From Camelus ferus (Eukaryota), in contig NC_045697.1 of NCBI RefSeq assembly GCF_009834535.1, positions 1,118,001-1,182,000 of the forward strand: a stretch of 64,000 nucleotides of DNA. The letters run 5' to 3'. The notes beneath the pieces were generated by a model. It searched no databases and was not told where the DNA came from. It worked only from the letters and a program-made list of their open reading frames with translations. The translations under genes and the position numbers were made by a program. This document shows positions 1 to 12,808 of the stretch, piece by piece. Numbering within the stretch: the first letter of the stretch is position 1; each line of letters begins with the position of its first letter.

Positions 1-3000
1 CACTTTGCACATTGGCTTAGGGGAAGGTGGTGGGAGGGGCGGTGCTCTCATAGAAGTTTACTTTTGAAGTCAAAGAAATACTTAATAAAATTTTGAAAGT
101 ACATCAAATTTCAGAAGTGCAGAATGAAAAATGCCCTTAGTACCCCACCTACCAGAGCCCGCTACAGGTCCAACCATGGGGGCACGTGGGCACCCGGCCA
201 GGACTGGACTTCGTCCCACAAAGTCGAGACCACACTGCGGGCGCTTGTCCTGCTCACAGGTCCTGGCCCACAGCCTGGGCACCCCGCAGCTGCCCTCCTG
301 GCCGCTTCCTGCCCTGAGATACCCTACCCCCCAGCCAGTCCTGGCCCCGGGCTGAGGCCCATGGACTCCACCACAAGGCCGAGAGGTCAGCGCTCATTCT
401 GGCTTCCTCAGCTGGGCGAGTCCCTGCTTGGCACCCTGGCCAGCCTCCATTGGTGGCCCCTCTCTAAGCCCCCTCAGGCCCCCCTTGCAGGAGCGTCTGT
501 CCAACCTGTCTCAGGTGAGGAAGCGGGAGATGGGGGCGTGGACGCTGCAGTGGAAGGAGGCATGGGGGCAACAAAGTCACTGCTGAGGGGCAAGGGGCCC
601 TGGGAGGGCTTAGGCTCAAGTGGGCAGATGCACCTGTGCGCCTGGGGCAGGGGTAGAGGAGGGGACACTCCAGTGATCGGCTCTGGAAGCTTGCTGTTGG
701 CCACACAGAACTCAGCTTATCAGGGTCGGGCCAGCAGGGGCCAGACGTCCCCGCTCTCAGAAGGTGGGGTCTCGGTTGGCTTACATGCTTCATGCAGATG
801 ACAACTGCTAGGGCTGTGACCCCAGCCCTGGTCCCAGCCCCGCCTTGGGGTGGAAGATGGGGGCTCGCCTTGTAGAGCAGGGAGGGGTGGTGGTGCAGGT
901 GACCCGCAGGACGATTTCGAGGGCCTGCAGCCCACTGCGAAGGCTGCTAGGCATCCTTCAAGGGGTGGTCGCCGAGTGCGCTGCTCTTTGTGTGACCTGG
1001 TCTCTGTCTCCAGGACCCAGCTTTTGAGGGCAGGGGCCACGTCTGGTCCTTGTCATCTTGCTGCCTGTCCACGGCAGGCACGGTGCTAGCAGGGAGGGGC
1101 GGCGCACGGCAGGGCAGCGGAGGGGAGGGGAGCCCACTGGGCGGAGGCGGATTGTGCTGGCGCCCTCCAAAGATGTGCAGGGCTTTGCCACAAAGTGTGG
1201 GGGCTGCCCAACCCACTCTTCCTCTTTCTTTGTGGTTGGGTAGGGGGTGGATGAGGTTATGTTCCCAGCCACCGGAGGCGTATACCCTCCAACTTCCAGG
1301 AAGGCTCTTTAGAGGGCTGACTTGGTGGGGGTGGGGGTCAGCCACCCTTTCCATCGCCACCACTTTCTCCTTTTGCCTGCGAGGCATTTTGATCGCTGGC
1401 ATTGCCACCTCCATCACGGCACCAGGAGGAAACGGCCAGGGAGCCAGAAGGACCTCAGTCCTGCCGCCCTGAACCCCGAACCAAAGTCAGCCACTGGGGT
1501 CTCTGGACTCTCGCAACGGGGAAAGAGCCCACCCACCTCTTGGAGTCTGAGCTGCTGTGACCAGCCGGGCACATCCTCATGGGAATTAACCCACAGGCCA
1601 GGCTAGTTCCAGACCCTGAGCAGGCTGCTGGCCTCCCCTCCGCAGCCCCCTGAGGGGGGCCTGTATTGCACGTGCAGCCTCCGGGAAGTTAGGCCGGCAG
1701 CCTGGCACGTGCTTTCGTAAGTTAACTTCAAGGCCTCTGGTGGGGTCTCTGCCTCCCGAGGGGACTTCGTTTTCAAATGGGCAGAAATCTCAGACAGGCA
1801 CTTGTAACTTTTCCCAGATTTAGCAGAAACAGTCTTCACACTTCTCAAAATCACATTGTGAAATTCTGAGCTGCTGGTGTGGCAGCAACCTAAGAATAGG
1901 TCTGACTTCGTAGTCACTTACACTGCACTCTCACAGCTGACGGCGACATGACCATATTGCTAAGCGGAAACTGGGGCACAGGAAAGGAGGAGAAGCGGAG
2001 ACGCCCTGAGGTGGGCAGGTGAACGCAGGTGTCAGACCCTCGTTTCCCAGGAAGCGAGTGGACTGCTGAGGTAACGGCCATCCCTCTGTCCCACACTGGC
2101 TGACATAACAGGCCACCGAGAACCATGCTCCTGTGGGGACATTCCAGCAGAGCCTCACCTCATCTCCTTGTGGCCCTGTGGCCTGTGGTCCGTGCATCCA
2201 TGGCCTCCCGTCCGGGCGCCCCCAGCTCTGGTGCAGGCCGCCATGAGGACCCATCTTGAGAGCACCGGTGCGTGCGGCCCCAATCCCTGCTGGCCCAGCC
2301 CTGGGGCTCCCTCCCTGTGCCTTCCACAGCCTGGCCACAGTCCTGGAGGGGACGTGGTAAGGCCCACGCCCCTGCCGTCATGCAGGTGCTTGGCCCTCCC
2401 CCACCGCCGTTGTCTGGAAGTGCACGTATCCCTGCCAGACAGCCCCCCGTGGGAAGGACCCCTCACCGGCCCGTCGGCGTGGCTGCCCTGGCCCCATGCC
2501 AGCTACAATGGTGTCTAGGGGCTGTGGACCCCTGGGGCCTGGGACTCGGGACACCCAGCCTGTGACGCAGGGACAGCCTGAACCCGCCGTCCCAAGCCGT
2601 ATGGGGCTGCCTGCCTTCATGGCCAAGCGTATTAGCTCTCTGCACACTAACCACGCACCCACCACCCGTGACCACAAGACTTGTGCTAAGGGAGCCTGGG
2701 AGGGCCAGAGGAGGTGGGAACTGTGGGTGGGGAAGGGTGGCGGCCAGACCCTGGGCTGTCCATCTTCATCTGCCCTCCTGCCGGTGGGGGGGCCCCTCTG
2801 CCCTGGGGGCATCTTAAAGGAATGGCCAGGGCAGGGGTCAGCATGCTCTTGCTGTCCCCCCACCATTCCTCAGGGGCTCGGTCTCTAAGCCTGGCCCACC
2901 CCAGCCCCCGCAGTCCCTCTGTGCCGTCAAGATGAGGTCCTGTTAACTCAGCCTCCCTGTTGGACCAGTGTGGTGGTCTTCCTGCCCCTGGAAGTCCCAC

Positions 3001-5767
3001 CTCCCATCAACCTGCTCAGGCCAGGGGCTGTAGGCCTCCCACCTGCCCTGGGAGCAGGGCCTAGAAGTGGCCGAGCCCTCTCTACCCGCTGCCCTGTCAC
3101 GGGAAGTCCAGGCCCTGCTGCCCTTCCAGCCCCTCTGGGCCACTCCTCACTGCCTGGCTGATCCTGTTGCCGCTCCTGGGCCCTGGGCACCTGGTCCGCC
3201 CCTTTCTGAGGCCTGGAGAGCCAGTGCCCACGGAGCGAGGAGGCCTGATCACAGGTGCCCTCGGGTTGCTGTATATTGCAAGGTGGTCAGAGGCAGAGGG
3301 CAGCTGGTGTGGTCAGCAGAAGACCCCGTGTTCCACAGACACCCCTGCACCGGCCCTGCTGTCCCTGTGCCCAAGAGCAAAGGAGCACAGTAAGCGTCCT
3401 CCTGAGGCGGCCACCACCGTCCAGACTGGGGAAGCAGGTGGGGTAAGGTCCCCGACGTGAGGCCGGGGCAAGGAGGAGCTGCCGCTCGCGGGGGGCCCGG
3501 TGCTGGTCCAGCTCTGCGCAAACCTGGACACGCACATTGTGCTCTGAGCCTCAGTTCCCTTCTCTTTGCTCAGGTGTTGGCGCCAACAGTCTTCAAGGCT
3601 TCTCTCCAGCTCTGATATGTTCTGATAACTACAAAGGCCCTGCGTGGAGATTCCATGTCGGAAGGGAGGGAGGCCACCCATGCTGACAGCTTGTTGTGAG
3701 GCCGGGTGAGCTCTCTGGGCTACAGCGGAGCTCAGGGTCAGCAGCGCACCTGCCCTCCTACCTGAGCCTGTGGGCAGGGGTGGGGCTGCCCTGCGACTCC
3801 AGCCTGTGGGGGCCCTTCGGGCGACTGGATGAGGTGCCTCAAGCCTCCCAGTGTCATGTTTCAGCCACGGTGCTCCAGGCAGATACCAGCTCGCGCTTGG
3901 CCCGCGTCTGCCCTTCCTACCTCTTCTATCATCTCAGGAAGAGCAGCTCAAGTTTACACAGTGTAGATGGCCCCAGCACTGCACGCCCGCCTGCTTTGGT
4001 TTCTTAAGTGGCACGACGTGGTTAATGTGTTTTGTCATGAAAAGCAATTCCTGAAGACAACAGAGGGCCGGTGGCGGAGAGATGACCAGCCAGGTCACTG
4101 AATTCCGGAGTAAGAAGTGTCCCCCAAAGCCCTGAGCCTCACGTCAGCTTCCTTATCAACCCCTCAGAACCGGGGAGCGGACCGGACTTCCCGGACACAA
4201 GACATCGTGGACGTACAGCCAGGATGGCGAGCCAGCCTGGGCTGCGCACCCTCTTTCCCACTTTACCCCACAGAAACCACGGACTCAGGACCCCAGCAGA
4301 AAGCCATGAAGAGCCCTGGATGGCACTGGCTTGCGCATGTTGGGGAGGGAGCAGCAGCAGGGAGAGCTGGCGGGAGAAACCCAGCGAGAGGTCGCCTGCT
4401 CAAGGTCTGCAGAAACCAGAGCAGAAACCAGAGCAGAGCAGGCAGCCCGGGCCCCAGGGCGGGGCTTTGACCCTCCTCTCGTGCCCGGGGCCCTGCCCAG
4501 GCCGCTTCTCCCGTCTCCTTTCTGCGACGCTGCCCTGCACTCCCAAGCAGGGCCTTCGCTCAGGACACACTTCTGAACAAAGGTGCTGAAATCACCAGAA
4601 GAACATAGGCTCAAAAGTCAAAATGAACAGGAGCAAAGAGTTGAAGAAGCAAAGGCAAAGCTGTGACAGAAAGATGAAAGGTCTCAGACAAGGAGAAAGC
4701 CGTGTGCCCCGAGAACGCACAGCTGCATCGGAAGCCAAGATGGGAAAGGCGGCCATAGGCAAGCAGGTCCCTCTGTCCCAAAGGTGGCGGGAAGAGAGCC
4801 CAGCTGGCCCCTCTGCAGGTGCCACACCCGAGGGATGAGGGGGAGTGAGCACGCCGCCTCAGGGTGGCGCTGGGGAGACTGCTTCACAGACCCTGGCCCC
4901 GCCACAGCTCCTCCTCCTCGCAGTGGACACACTGACCACCCACGAAGGGCCCCTCGGCAGGGCAGGCCCACTCTGGCCCATCCAAGGCCATGTCCCTCCT
5001 GGGGGTCCCTAGGGTGGGGCAGGCAACAATACAAGGAGACCAGGGAGGGAGGGAGCTAGGCCTTCCGGGGTCTGACGCACTCGCTTCTCTAGGGGACGTC
5101 CAGGTGAGCCGCCAGGGAGGGAGCCTGGGTTCCGGAGCAGAGCCCACCCCCTCCCACCCCCACCAGGGCCAGGACCTCGGGTGCCCCGGAGGGGTGGCTA
5201 TGGGCCAGCAGAGTGGGGGACGAGGGCTCCTTGTTGCCCAGACACCAGGACGCCGCATTCAGGATGTGCACTGCAGGGGCAACCGAGGCAGAGACAGAGC
5301 TAAGAGGGCCACGTCCTGGGGAGGCTGCAGGGCAGGGCCGCCCCTGCCTCCAGGGTGGGGCTGTGGGGCCCACCCACCTCTGGGCGGGCAGCTGCGCATG
5401 GTGCCCCTTGGGCTGCACCAGAAGGGGTCCAGATGCACCAAGAGGAGGGCTGGGGAGCTGCATTTCTGCACCAGGCAACCTGGGGAGACCTCACCACGCC
5501 TCAAGGAGAGCGAGCCCTTGGCTGCCTTGCACAGCCCCAGCCCCAGTCCCACAAAAGGCTACCCAGGCACAGCCGAGAGCAGCTTGGCCAAGGGGCCCCC
5601 CTGCTGGGGGTGGCATGCTCGCCACATCCAGACACATGCAAGGCACTGGCCCAGCCGACTCACAGGACAGCACCCTCCCACCCTCCCACCTCCACCCCGA
5701 GCACTGGGGAAGGTGGGTCCACGCTGGGCTGGGCCCTGGCGGGCTGGCCACCCGCTCGCTCACTGAC

Positions 5768-5846
5768 CTGGCCGTCAGGGTCGGGGAAGCAGCCACCACG
5801 GTGAAGATGCGGATCATGGCCATCTTGCAGAGGTCCGCGGCTGAGC
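5768..5846 (-). CDS. POLN: POLN coding exon (79 nt), (G)SAADLCKMAMIRIFTVVAASPTLTA(R)
   Basis: Within ORF 5491..5880(-); ...cttgtgcccacAG|GCTCAGCCGCG...ACGGCCAG|GTcagt; completes QGSAAD; phase 1 to 2. The next expected exon (LVAQIHDELLFEV, motif C) was not seen in 1-5767. Confidence 0.95.
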
Positions 5847-5979
5847 CTGTGGGCACAAGAGGCTCTGTCACGAGCAGCACGAGGCCCAGGCCCGCAGCCC
5901 TGCGTGCCTGCCCGGGCTGGCCGTCTCCACTGCCACGCTGCCCACCGCACGTGGTGGGGCCCTTCGCTCGGGGCCCTGC

Positions 5980-6400
5980 TGTGCAGCCTGGCTGTGTCCT
6001 CGTCTGGACAGTCCGCTCGGGGAGCCCACCTCAGGTACCTCAGGACGTCAGCAAAATTCACTTCCTTGCAGCCAAATGGCCAAGGCTCCTGTTTCGTGGT
6101 GGTTGTCAACCGGGAGCCCCTAGAGGCCACCCTCGGGTCCCCACCACAGGCCCTCCCCACTCACGGCTTGCTCCACCACGGCCAGACCTCTGACACTGCC
6201 CCAAAGCCTCCTGATTAGGTCAGGCCCACGCGGACGCCCCTCTTCCGATGAGCTCGAGTCAGCCAACGGGGGACCTCACATCTGCAGACCCCCTTGTGCC
6301 GTACAACATGAGCTCACGGCGGCAGCGGTGTCCCGGCACGTCCACGGGTTCTGCCCACACCCGGAGCGGCCCACCACCCCAACTAAAGGAATGACGGAGC
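5980..6400. mobile_element. MaLR solo-LTR remnant (MLT1E-like)
   Basis: Diagnostic MLT1 strings 'cagcaaaattcacttccttgcagc', 'cctagaggccaccctc', 'cctgattaggtcaggcccac', 'acatctgcagacccccttgtgcc'; boundaries approximate. Confidence 0.6.
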
Positions 6401-8133
6401 TTGGCCGGCTGTGCGGGCTCAGCGCCGGCTCCGGCTGCCCGCGCTGTGTGGTCGGGGAACCTCGCTGAGCCTCAGCCTCCACGCTTCAGCCTCCGAGGTT
6501 TGCGTGGGGCAGGTTTCACGGCCAGTCAGGCTCTCTGCGAGGTGCTGGCCAGCGTAGGGGCCGTGCCTGTTCCAGTGCCAGGCGCGCAGTGGGTGTCTTA
6601 ACAACTGGCTCTGATCATGGGAAACACGAGGTTCAGGTTTCCGTTTGTGGCTGTAAGCCTCCTTAGCTGCTCATGGTTCCTGAGGTTGACGAAGAAACAG
6701 GCGTCCCCAGGCAGTGGCCCGTCCTCCTCCTCCGAGGGCACCGCCCCAGGGCGCTCACTGCTCTTCCCCACGCCACACGCGTGTGGCAGGAAGGCTGGAC
6801 ACACAAGTCTGGGCTCTGAGGCCAACCCGCTGGCTGCGAAGGGTCTCAGGGCTGTGGGAACCCTCTGCCAGGGTGGGATGTCAGGGCGCCTGCTACTTCA
6901 GGAGGACTGGACAGACCAGCAGAGACGAGGCAGGGAGGGACTGGGTGGAGGGAACAGAGCACGTCTGGGGGCGGAGCCGAGGGGCCGGGGCGCCACGGGG
7001 AGGTAGGGCTCCCTGGGTGCGCCGGCCCTTGCTGGCCCCTGGCGCCTACTCGTCAGACAGATGACTGGCAGGTCACTTGCTCCGAGACAGGCAGGCAGGG
7101 TGACAGCTCGGCTGGGAGGCGAGTGCCCTGCGGCGGCTCCAGGCCAAGCCTCCCAGTCGGCTCCTCACAGGAAGGTGTCTCGTGGGCTCTTCTGCCCGGG
7201 AGGGCTCTCTAAAGCAGCTTCACGTCTCCTCACACACGCCCAGTGAGCGGAGCCCTGTGGCTGCGCCCTCCGACCAGAGAACCTGCCTCAGACCAGAGCC
7301 GTCTCAGGATCTGGTGGTCACAGTGGGGGTGGGGCCCGAGAGGGCTGGATACTGAGTCTAGACAGCTCCTGCCAATCAAGCCGCCAGCTGCTGCCGCCTC
7401 TCCTGCTCTCCGAGGAACGCAGGAGGCTGAGCCACCTGGCAGCACCGCCAGGCCTGCCTCTCTGCAGGGCTCGCTGGGGACCCGGCCTTCGTGCTCAACC
7501 CAGGCCATCCTCTTGCTGCAGAACACCCCTCTGGGGCTGGAATCCTGCCTCCAGGCTTCGTCTCTGGGCCTTGGGGGCCCAGGTCCTCCACCTGTGACCT
7601 CTGGGGTCACAGTGCTGCTCCCAGGCCTGCCTGGGGCCTGGTCAGGACAGCTCGCAGCGCACGGCATGCGGGGTGGCCATCACAGCCCTCTCACCTCGCC
7701 TCCACGCAGGGACTCCCGCTTCGAACCATCTGAACGCTGCAGCTAGAGACGACACGTGGTCACCCCTCCAGCCTGCCCCACTGGCTGCAGGTTCCTGGAG
7801 GGTGCACCCGGCTGGGGTTCGGATGCCTGCCCCAAGGTCTCACAGCTGCCAGGCCTGAGGGGTGTGGCGGAGGGTCCAGGCCGAGGGCGGGGACACGCCC
7901 CGGGAGCCTCTGTCCCACCCGCACACAGGGGCCGCATGGCCGGGGCCCGCCTTGCGGGGCATCACAGTTACCAAGGCGGCCCTGTGCCGGGTGTTACTTC
8001 ACCAGCGCCGCCCAACAGCAAGCGCCGGGGGGCAGGAGCAGGAAACTTCGCGACAATGATCTGCTGGGTGTTACCCAGCCCTGTGGCTGCCGAAAACCCA
8101 AGAAGCAAACGGGGTGGGGACAGGGGTCTGCAC

Positions 8134-8244
8134 CTTGCACCACGAAGTTCACTGCCTGCCGCTCTGCCTGTGCCCGGAGCTGCCGGTCCCGTGCTCGGAT
8201 CCGCGGCAGGGGTCGCCTCCTGCCCACGATGGACGCCACGAAGC
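8134..8244 (-). CDS. POLN: POLN coding exon (111 nt), (G)[36 protein letters not shown](G)
   Basis: Within ORF 7994..8317(-); ...cctccctataacccAG|GCTTCGTGG...GTGCAAG|GTgcag; GRRR and AERQAVNxxVQG are A-family hallmarks; phase 1 to 1. Confidence 0.96.
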
Positions 8245-8684
8245 CTGGGTTATAGGGAGGAAGAGCAGGCTGAGAGGCAGGACCCTGGTGGACCCTGCCC
8301 TTTGTGGGTAGGGCCACTCTCAGCTTGGGTCCAGGGGCCCCACAGGACCCCTCCCTGCTGCTGGAGGGAGGCAGGGGTTGCCCTGAGGCCTCCTGGTCTG
8401 ACTCAGGGCAGGTGGGTTCCGTAGGGGGAAAGCAAGGCCAGCAGGAGGCGGCCTCCGCTGCCTAATGGCCTGTCTGTGCGCCCCGTCTGACTCGGCGCTG
8501 CGCTTAGATCTGCGTTAGGACGGGGAGGCAGTTCTTACTCTTACAGGGGTTGAAAACCCCTTGGGGGACGTGGGTACAGGAGTAATTCTGGGCTGTGTGG
8601 CAACTGGAACGGGGGAGAGAAGCATTAATCCACAGTTGACTCCAGGTGGGGCTGATGACCTGAGTCAGGGGCCACGTCCGTACA

Positions 8685-8760
8685 CACGAGGGCACACCCA
8701 AGTTTTGTGGGGCCTGAAGCTCCCATAATTTGGGGTCTTCATTAGGAAAGTGAACACGGA
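8685..8760 (+). mobile_element. hAT-Tip100 (MER45-like) fragment
   Basis: 'ccaagttttgtggggcctgaagctcccataatttggggtcttcattaggaaa' resembles the recalled MER45 5' end. Confidence 0.45.
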
Positions 8761-9149
8761 CGTGCTGTGTTGGTTGAGTACGTTCCTGACCAGAGAGGAC
8801 TTCGGTTTCACCAGGTGTTGGCAAGAACTAAATGCCCAACTTATGCTTCTATAAGTCTGAGGAGTGGAAGAACTTCTCACGTGTACAGTAATTATAGACA
8901 TGACAGTGTATGGAGCACCCGCTTTACGGGCAGTCCGTAGTTCAGCCCCCGACAGCAGCAGGCGGCGGGGACCGGGAAGCCCGCGCGCCGCCGGCACGGC
9001 TCTGCCTCTCGCGTGGCGGGCGACTTCTGGCTGGATGCGGGCTGCCGCGCGCCTGCTGCCGCTCAGAGCTGGGTCTTGGTGTCTTGTTTTCAAGGCTGTG
9101 AGGCAGGCAGGTACTTGCAGACCACTTGACCCTCTGGAGGCCCATTTTT

Positions 9150-9900
9150 AAGTTCTGTTAGGGTGGGTTTAGAGCAGCCTTTAATCTAGGGCTAGTTTAG
9201 ACCCACTATTAACCTGTTATCCTTCTGGGGTCTCCACTGAATGCCCCAGGTGTCCAACAAGGACTCTCCACTCCAGGTCAGAACTCAGCTTCTCCTCACC
9301 CTGTGTGGACTCTGGGACTGTTCAGCCGGCTGCTCCTTGAAATCATTCTGCTTAGTCCTGTGGAGTTTCACTCTGCTCGTGTACCTCACTAATAAAACAG
9401 AGGGAATCCTCTGAAGATTTAGGAGCAAGTTTTCTGCATAACTCCCTCTCTCTGATACTCTGTCTTGCAAAACCCAGCTGCCCCTGCCTCCCCAGTCCCA
9501 GTCCTGGTCTCTGCAACTCAGTGAAACCAGGGGGACCGCTGGGCCCCCACACCCTGCCTGTGCTCTGGACGCACGGTGCCAGCTCTCCGCTCACAGAACA
9601 GGGGCACGCTGCCCAGGATCCAGTGTCTGAAACAGTGGCGGCACATTTGGCCCAGTTTTCCGGTTACCTATGGTGGGAGGAGTCCTGAACCCAGTCACCC
9701 CTTTGCGGAAGCCCCTGTTCCACACGTTTCAGACGCTGCTTCCAAGGTTTGCAGGGCTGAAGACCACAGCTCCTGTTCATGAGGGAGGTGGCCCGTGGCC
9801 CACACCTCCGTGACACTGTCCTGGGCCGTGGGCAGGGAGGAAGGCTAGCATCCCTCCACCACACATGGAAGGAGCAACGGAACAGGAATATTCACATTGA
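9150..9900 (-). mobile_element. Ancient L1M 5'-region remnant
   Basis: 'tagagcagcctttaatctagggctagttta...ccttctggggtctccactgaatgcccc' is typical of antisense old L1M 5' sequence; edges approximate. Confidence 0.5.
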
Positions 9901-10329
9901 AATCCAAACGAAGTGAGTCACCAACTCAAATTCCCCTTGGCTGGACTCGAGAACTGGCTGTGGCCACTCCAGTGGCCCTACCATGGGAAGGGGTGCGGTG
10001 GAGGCGGGCGGCGTAGGGTGGCTGGCAGCAGTCCCAGTCAGCTGCAGCTGACACACCCTGCTTCTATGAATTTTACAAAAGACGTGACGCCGTGAACCAG
10101 GCAGCGCCTTTCCCAGGGTTTTGGGAGGGGCCCATACAAGGAGGGCCCTGGACCTACAGCCTTGCCGACACCGTGGTAAACTGCCTGGGCCTCCTGTCTC
10201 ACCCCTGGCAGGCCACACCTGAGGGCTTGGCCCCATCCTGCACACCGTCTCCTTCACGCCTCAGTGGTTCCCGCTGTGGACACCGCCTCCTTGGCACCTC
10301 CCACCAGTGGTTCCCCCGTCACCCCCCAG

Positions 10330-10790
10330 TTTCTGAGCTAACACCCCTGTCACTGTCCCCAGGTGCAGCTCTAGCTTCACCTCCCCTCCCAGTCTCTTTT
10401 CCACACTGTTGCTGGAATAATTTGAGAAAAATGAAACCCAGGTTCTTCTTGTGGCTTGTGGCGTGCTGGGCGGGTCTGGCCACGTCCTGTCTCTTCTCTG
10501 GCTCCCAGATCCCTGCCCCGCTGGGACCACTCCTGGCTCTTCTCAGCCTGTCAAATAGCTCAGGTGCATCTCCTCGAGTCACTGTGGCTAACGGCTCTCC
10601 AGGGCCCTCCTCTGCTGCCCCTGCTCAGACACCCAGGATCCCAGCCTTCGGACACGGGATGCAACGGCTCACTCGAGGGTTACGTCTCCCTGCACCGCAG
10701 CTCCAGGAGAGCAAGGAGCTTCTGCCCCTGGCTCAGTACAGTGCCTGACACGGGGCAGGCACGCAACAGACGTTTAATGACCACTGAGTG
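10330..10790 (+). mobile_element. L2 3' fragment
   Basis: Ends in 'cagtacagtgcctgacacggggcaggcacgcaacagacgtttaatgacc', an L2 3' terminus-like string. Confidence 0.45.
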
Positions 10791-12323
10791 TGTCTTCACA
10801 GCGTCTGCCCAGACGTGTAACTGCCGCATCAAAGGGCACACACACTTCGCGCTGGGGCACCTAGAGCCCCACGGCGCTTCGAGGAAGCTCAGCACAAGGG
10901 AGGGAAGTGGAGCCCCCAGCAGGGGAGGCCCTGGCTCTGGCTCTAGCGGCAGGCCCAGCCCGGCGCCGCTGGTTGCTGCATGAACTGGGAAGCTACTCAA
11001 CCTGTCGGGGACTCACTTTCTCACCTGTGAGGTGGGGTGACGACACGGCCCACGCTTCAGAGCTGCGGCGAGGGCCACACAGGCCAGTGTGGGAGCCCCC
11101 CACCCACAGAGGCCCCCACTTCCGCCGCACCTCCACCTACAGTGACCCCGGCTCCGCACGCTCTCGTCAGCACTGGCCACTGTCACCACTTCACCGTTTC
11201 AAAGTTGACAGGACTTCACTCTCCCCAAGCTGGGGGCTCCTGGGCCCGGGAATGGTCTGGGCTTGCGGGCTGTGCTGGAACTCGCTGGGGGACGGAAGTG
11301 GTCCTCTGCCGCCCTCGGAGGCTGCAGGACTCAGGGAGGCCCCCGCACAGGCCGGTGGTGGGACGTGCAGTCAGGCCCGGGGGAGCCTGTGGAGGGCCGC
11401 GCGGGCGCTGTGCGCTCCGGGAGGAAAGTCACCAGCGCGTCCTGGAGAGCCGGGCAGGGCCTTCCTCACTGGGCTGCGGGGCGGCTTCCCCGCGACTCGG
11501 GCTCTCATCTTGAGCGTGCGCTGAGCCCGCGGCTCCCACCGAGACCCCCGCCGAGCCTCTCGGCCGCCGTCTGTTTCCTGAGTTTCTGCTCCTACGTCCT
11601 TCCTTCTTTCCTCTCGTCTGCTCCGCTGCCCCTTCCAGATGCCCTGAATGTTCAGTACAGCCATTTATGTGCAGAAGGTGTTTTTTCTCTTTAAAACACT
11701 CTTGCAGACTTCCTTCACCTCTAAGTGAAGTGTCCGCCTGGCCGTGTCTCACAGTTCTTCCCGTGAGATACTCAGGCTGTCATCTCCTTCTAAAATGCCG
11801 GCGATTTTCCTGGGGCTTCTTCTTTTTGATCCTAAATCATTTAGGAGTGCAATGATTTTCCAAATAGGTAGACGGACAGATGGCCACATGTACAGAGATA
11901 AAACCATTTTACTCCATTGTGGTCACAGAACATGTTCTATTTGCTATTCTTTGAAACTCTGTGACCAAACTGTGGTGGCGCGCTGTGGACTCACCACGTG
12001 CTTCTCCTAAGAGCACGTGCTCTCCACCTTCAGGTGTGGGGTTTTCTCTCTGTGTGGACCTGCCCTTCTGTTGTTTCTAACTCAAGCTTGACTTCTGTGC
12101 TTCAAGAAGAGCCTGGCTCTGGGCCCTCCCATGTGGAGCCTTCCAGTCCCATGTGTCCAGCAGGGGCTGGGCACTCGCCCAGTCCTCATCCATCCACCCA
12201 CGCACCCCCTCCCACCTGCTCACCTGCCCGCAGGTGGAGCAGGGCGGGAGGCCCCCGGCTGCCACAGGGAGGGCAAAGGTGGGGTGAGGGACCTGCCAGG
12301 GGCTTTGGCTGCGGCCGGCTTAC

Positions 12324-12455
12324 CTGTTTGGTGACACTGGGCAATGGTTGCTTGGGTGAAGTCCTTGACTTTCTTGTACTTCTGCAAAAAACTCTCCAAA
12401 AACTGGGCAGCCTCCTGAACAGTTACTCCAAGGCAAGCAGCAAGCCGCTCCTTCC
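12324..12455 (-). CDS. POLN: POLN coding exon (132 nt), (G)[43 protein letters not shown](G)
   Basis: Within ORF 12220..12495(-); ...ttcctgcttgtatAG|GGAAGGAGCGG...CAAACAG|GTaagc; phase 1 to 1; fingers subdomain. Confidence 0.96.
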
Positions 12456-12660
12456 CTATACAAGCAGGAACACTCGACATCAGAGGCCGGCCCAAAACTC
12501 ACACGAGGTGGGACCGAGGGCATGAGCCACCAGGCAGTGGCCACCACACATGGAAGTGAGCCGACCGAAGGGCTCCTGGAGGACGCGGCGATCAAGGTCC
12601 AACTGGCACCACTGGTCTCTGCTGACTGGTCAGGATGGTGCTGCTTTTGGCTTTACAAAT

Positions 12661-12808
12661 TAATTTATTTATATTTTATTTTTATAATTTTGTTGGGAGG
12701 GTAGGTAATTGGGTTTATTTACTTAGTTATTAATGGAGGTGCTGGGGGCTGAACCCAGGACCTTGTGCGTGCTAGGCATGCGCTCCACTGCTGAGCTGTA
12801 CCTTCCCC
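12661..12808 (-). mobile_element. Vic-1-like camelid tRNA-derived SINE
   Basis: Antisense tRNA-like head with B-box (gggttcagccccc) and AT-rich tail; flanked by the direct repeat GGCTTTACAAAT (12649-12660 and 12814-12825). Confidence 0.85.

Noticed and set aside
4409..4437. 12-bp tandem duplication GCAGAAACCAGA x2.4
   Set aside because: Ordinary slippage duplication; no spacer structure or other support for function.
1..5767. POLN motif C exon (LVAQIHDELLFEV) and terminal exons
   Set aside because: Searched by eye on the minus strand and not found; a 'VHDV' string near 4200 lacks the surrounding motif. Most likely beyond the left edge, so absence is not evidence of gene loss.
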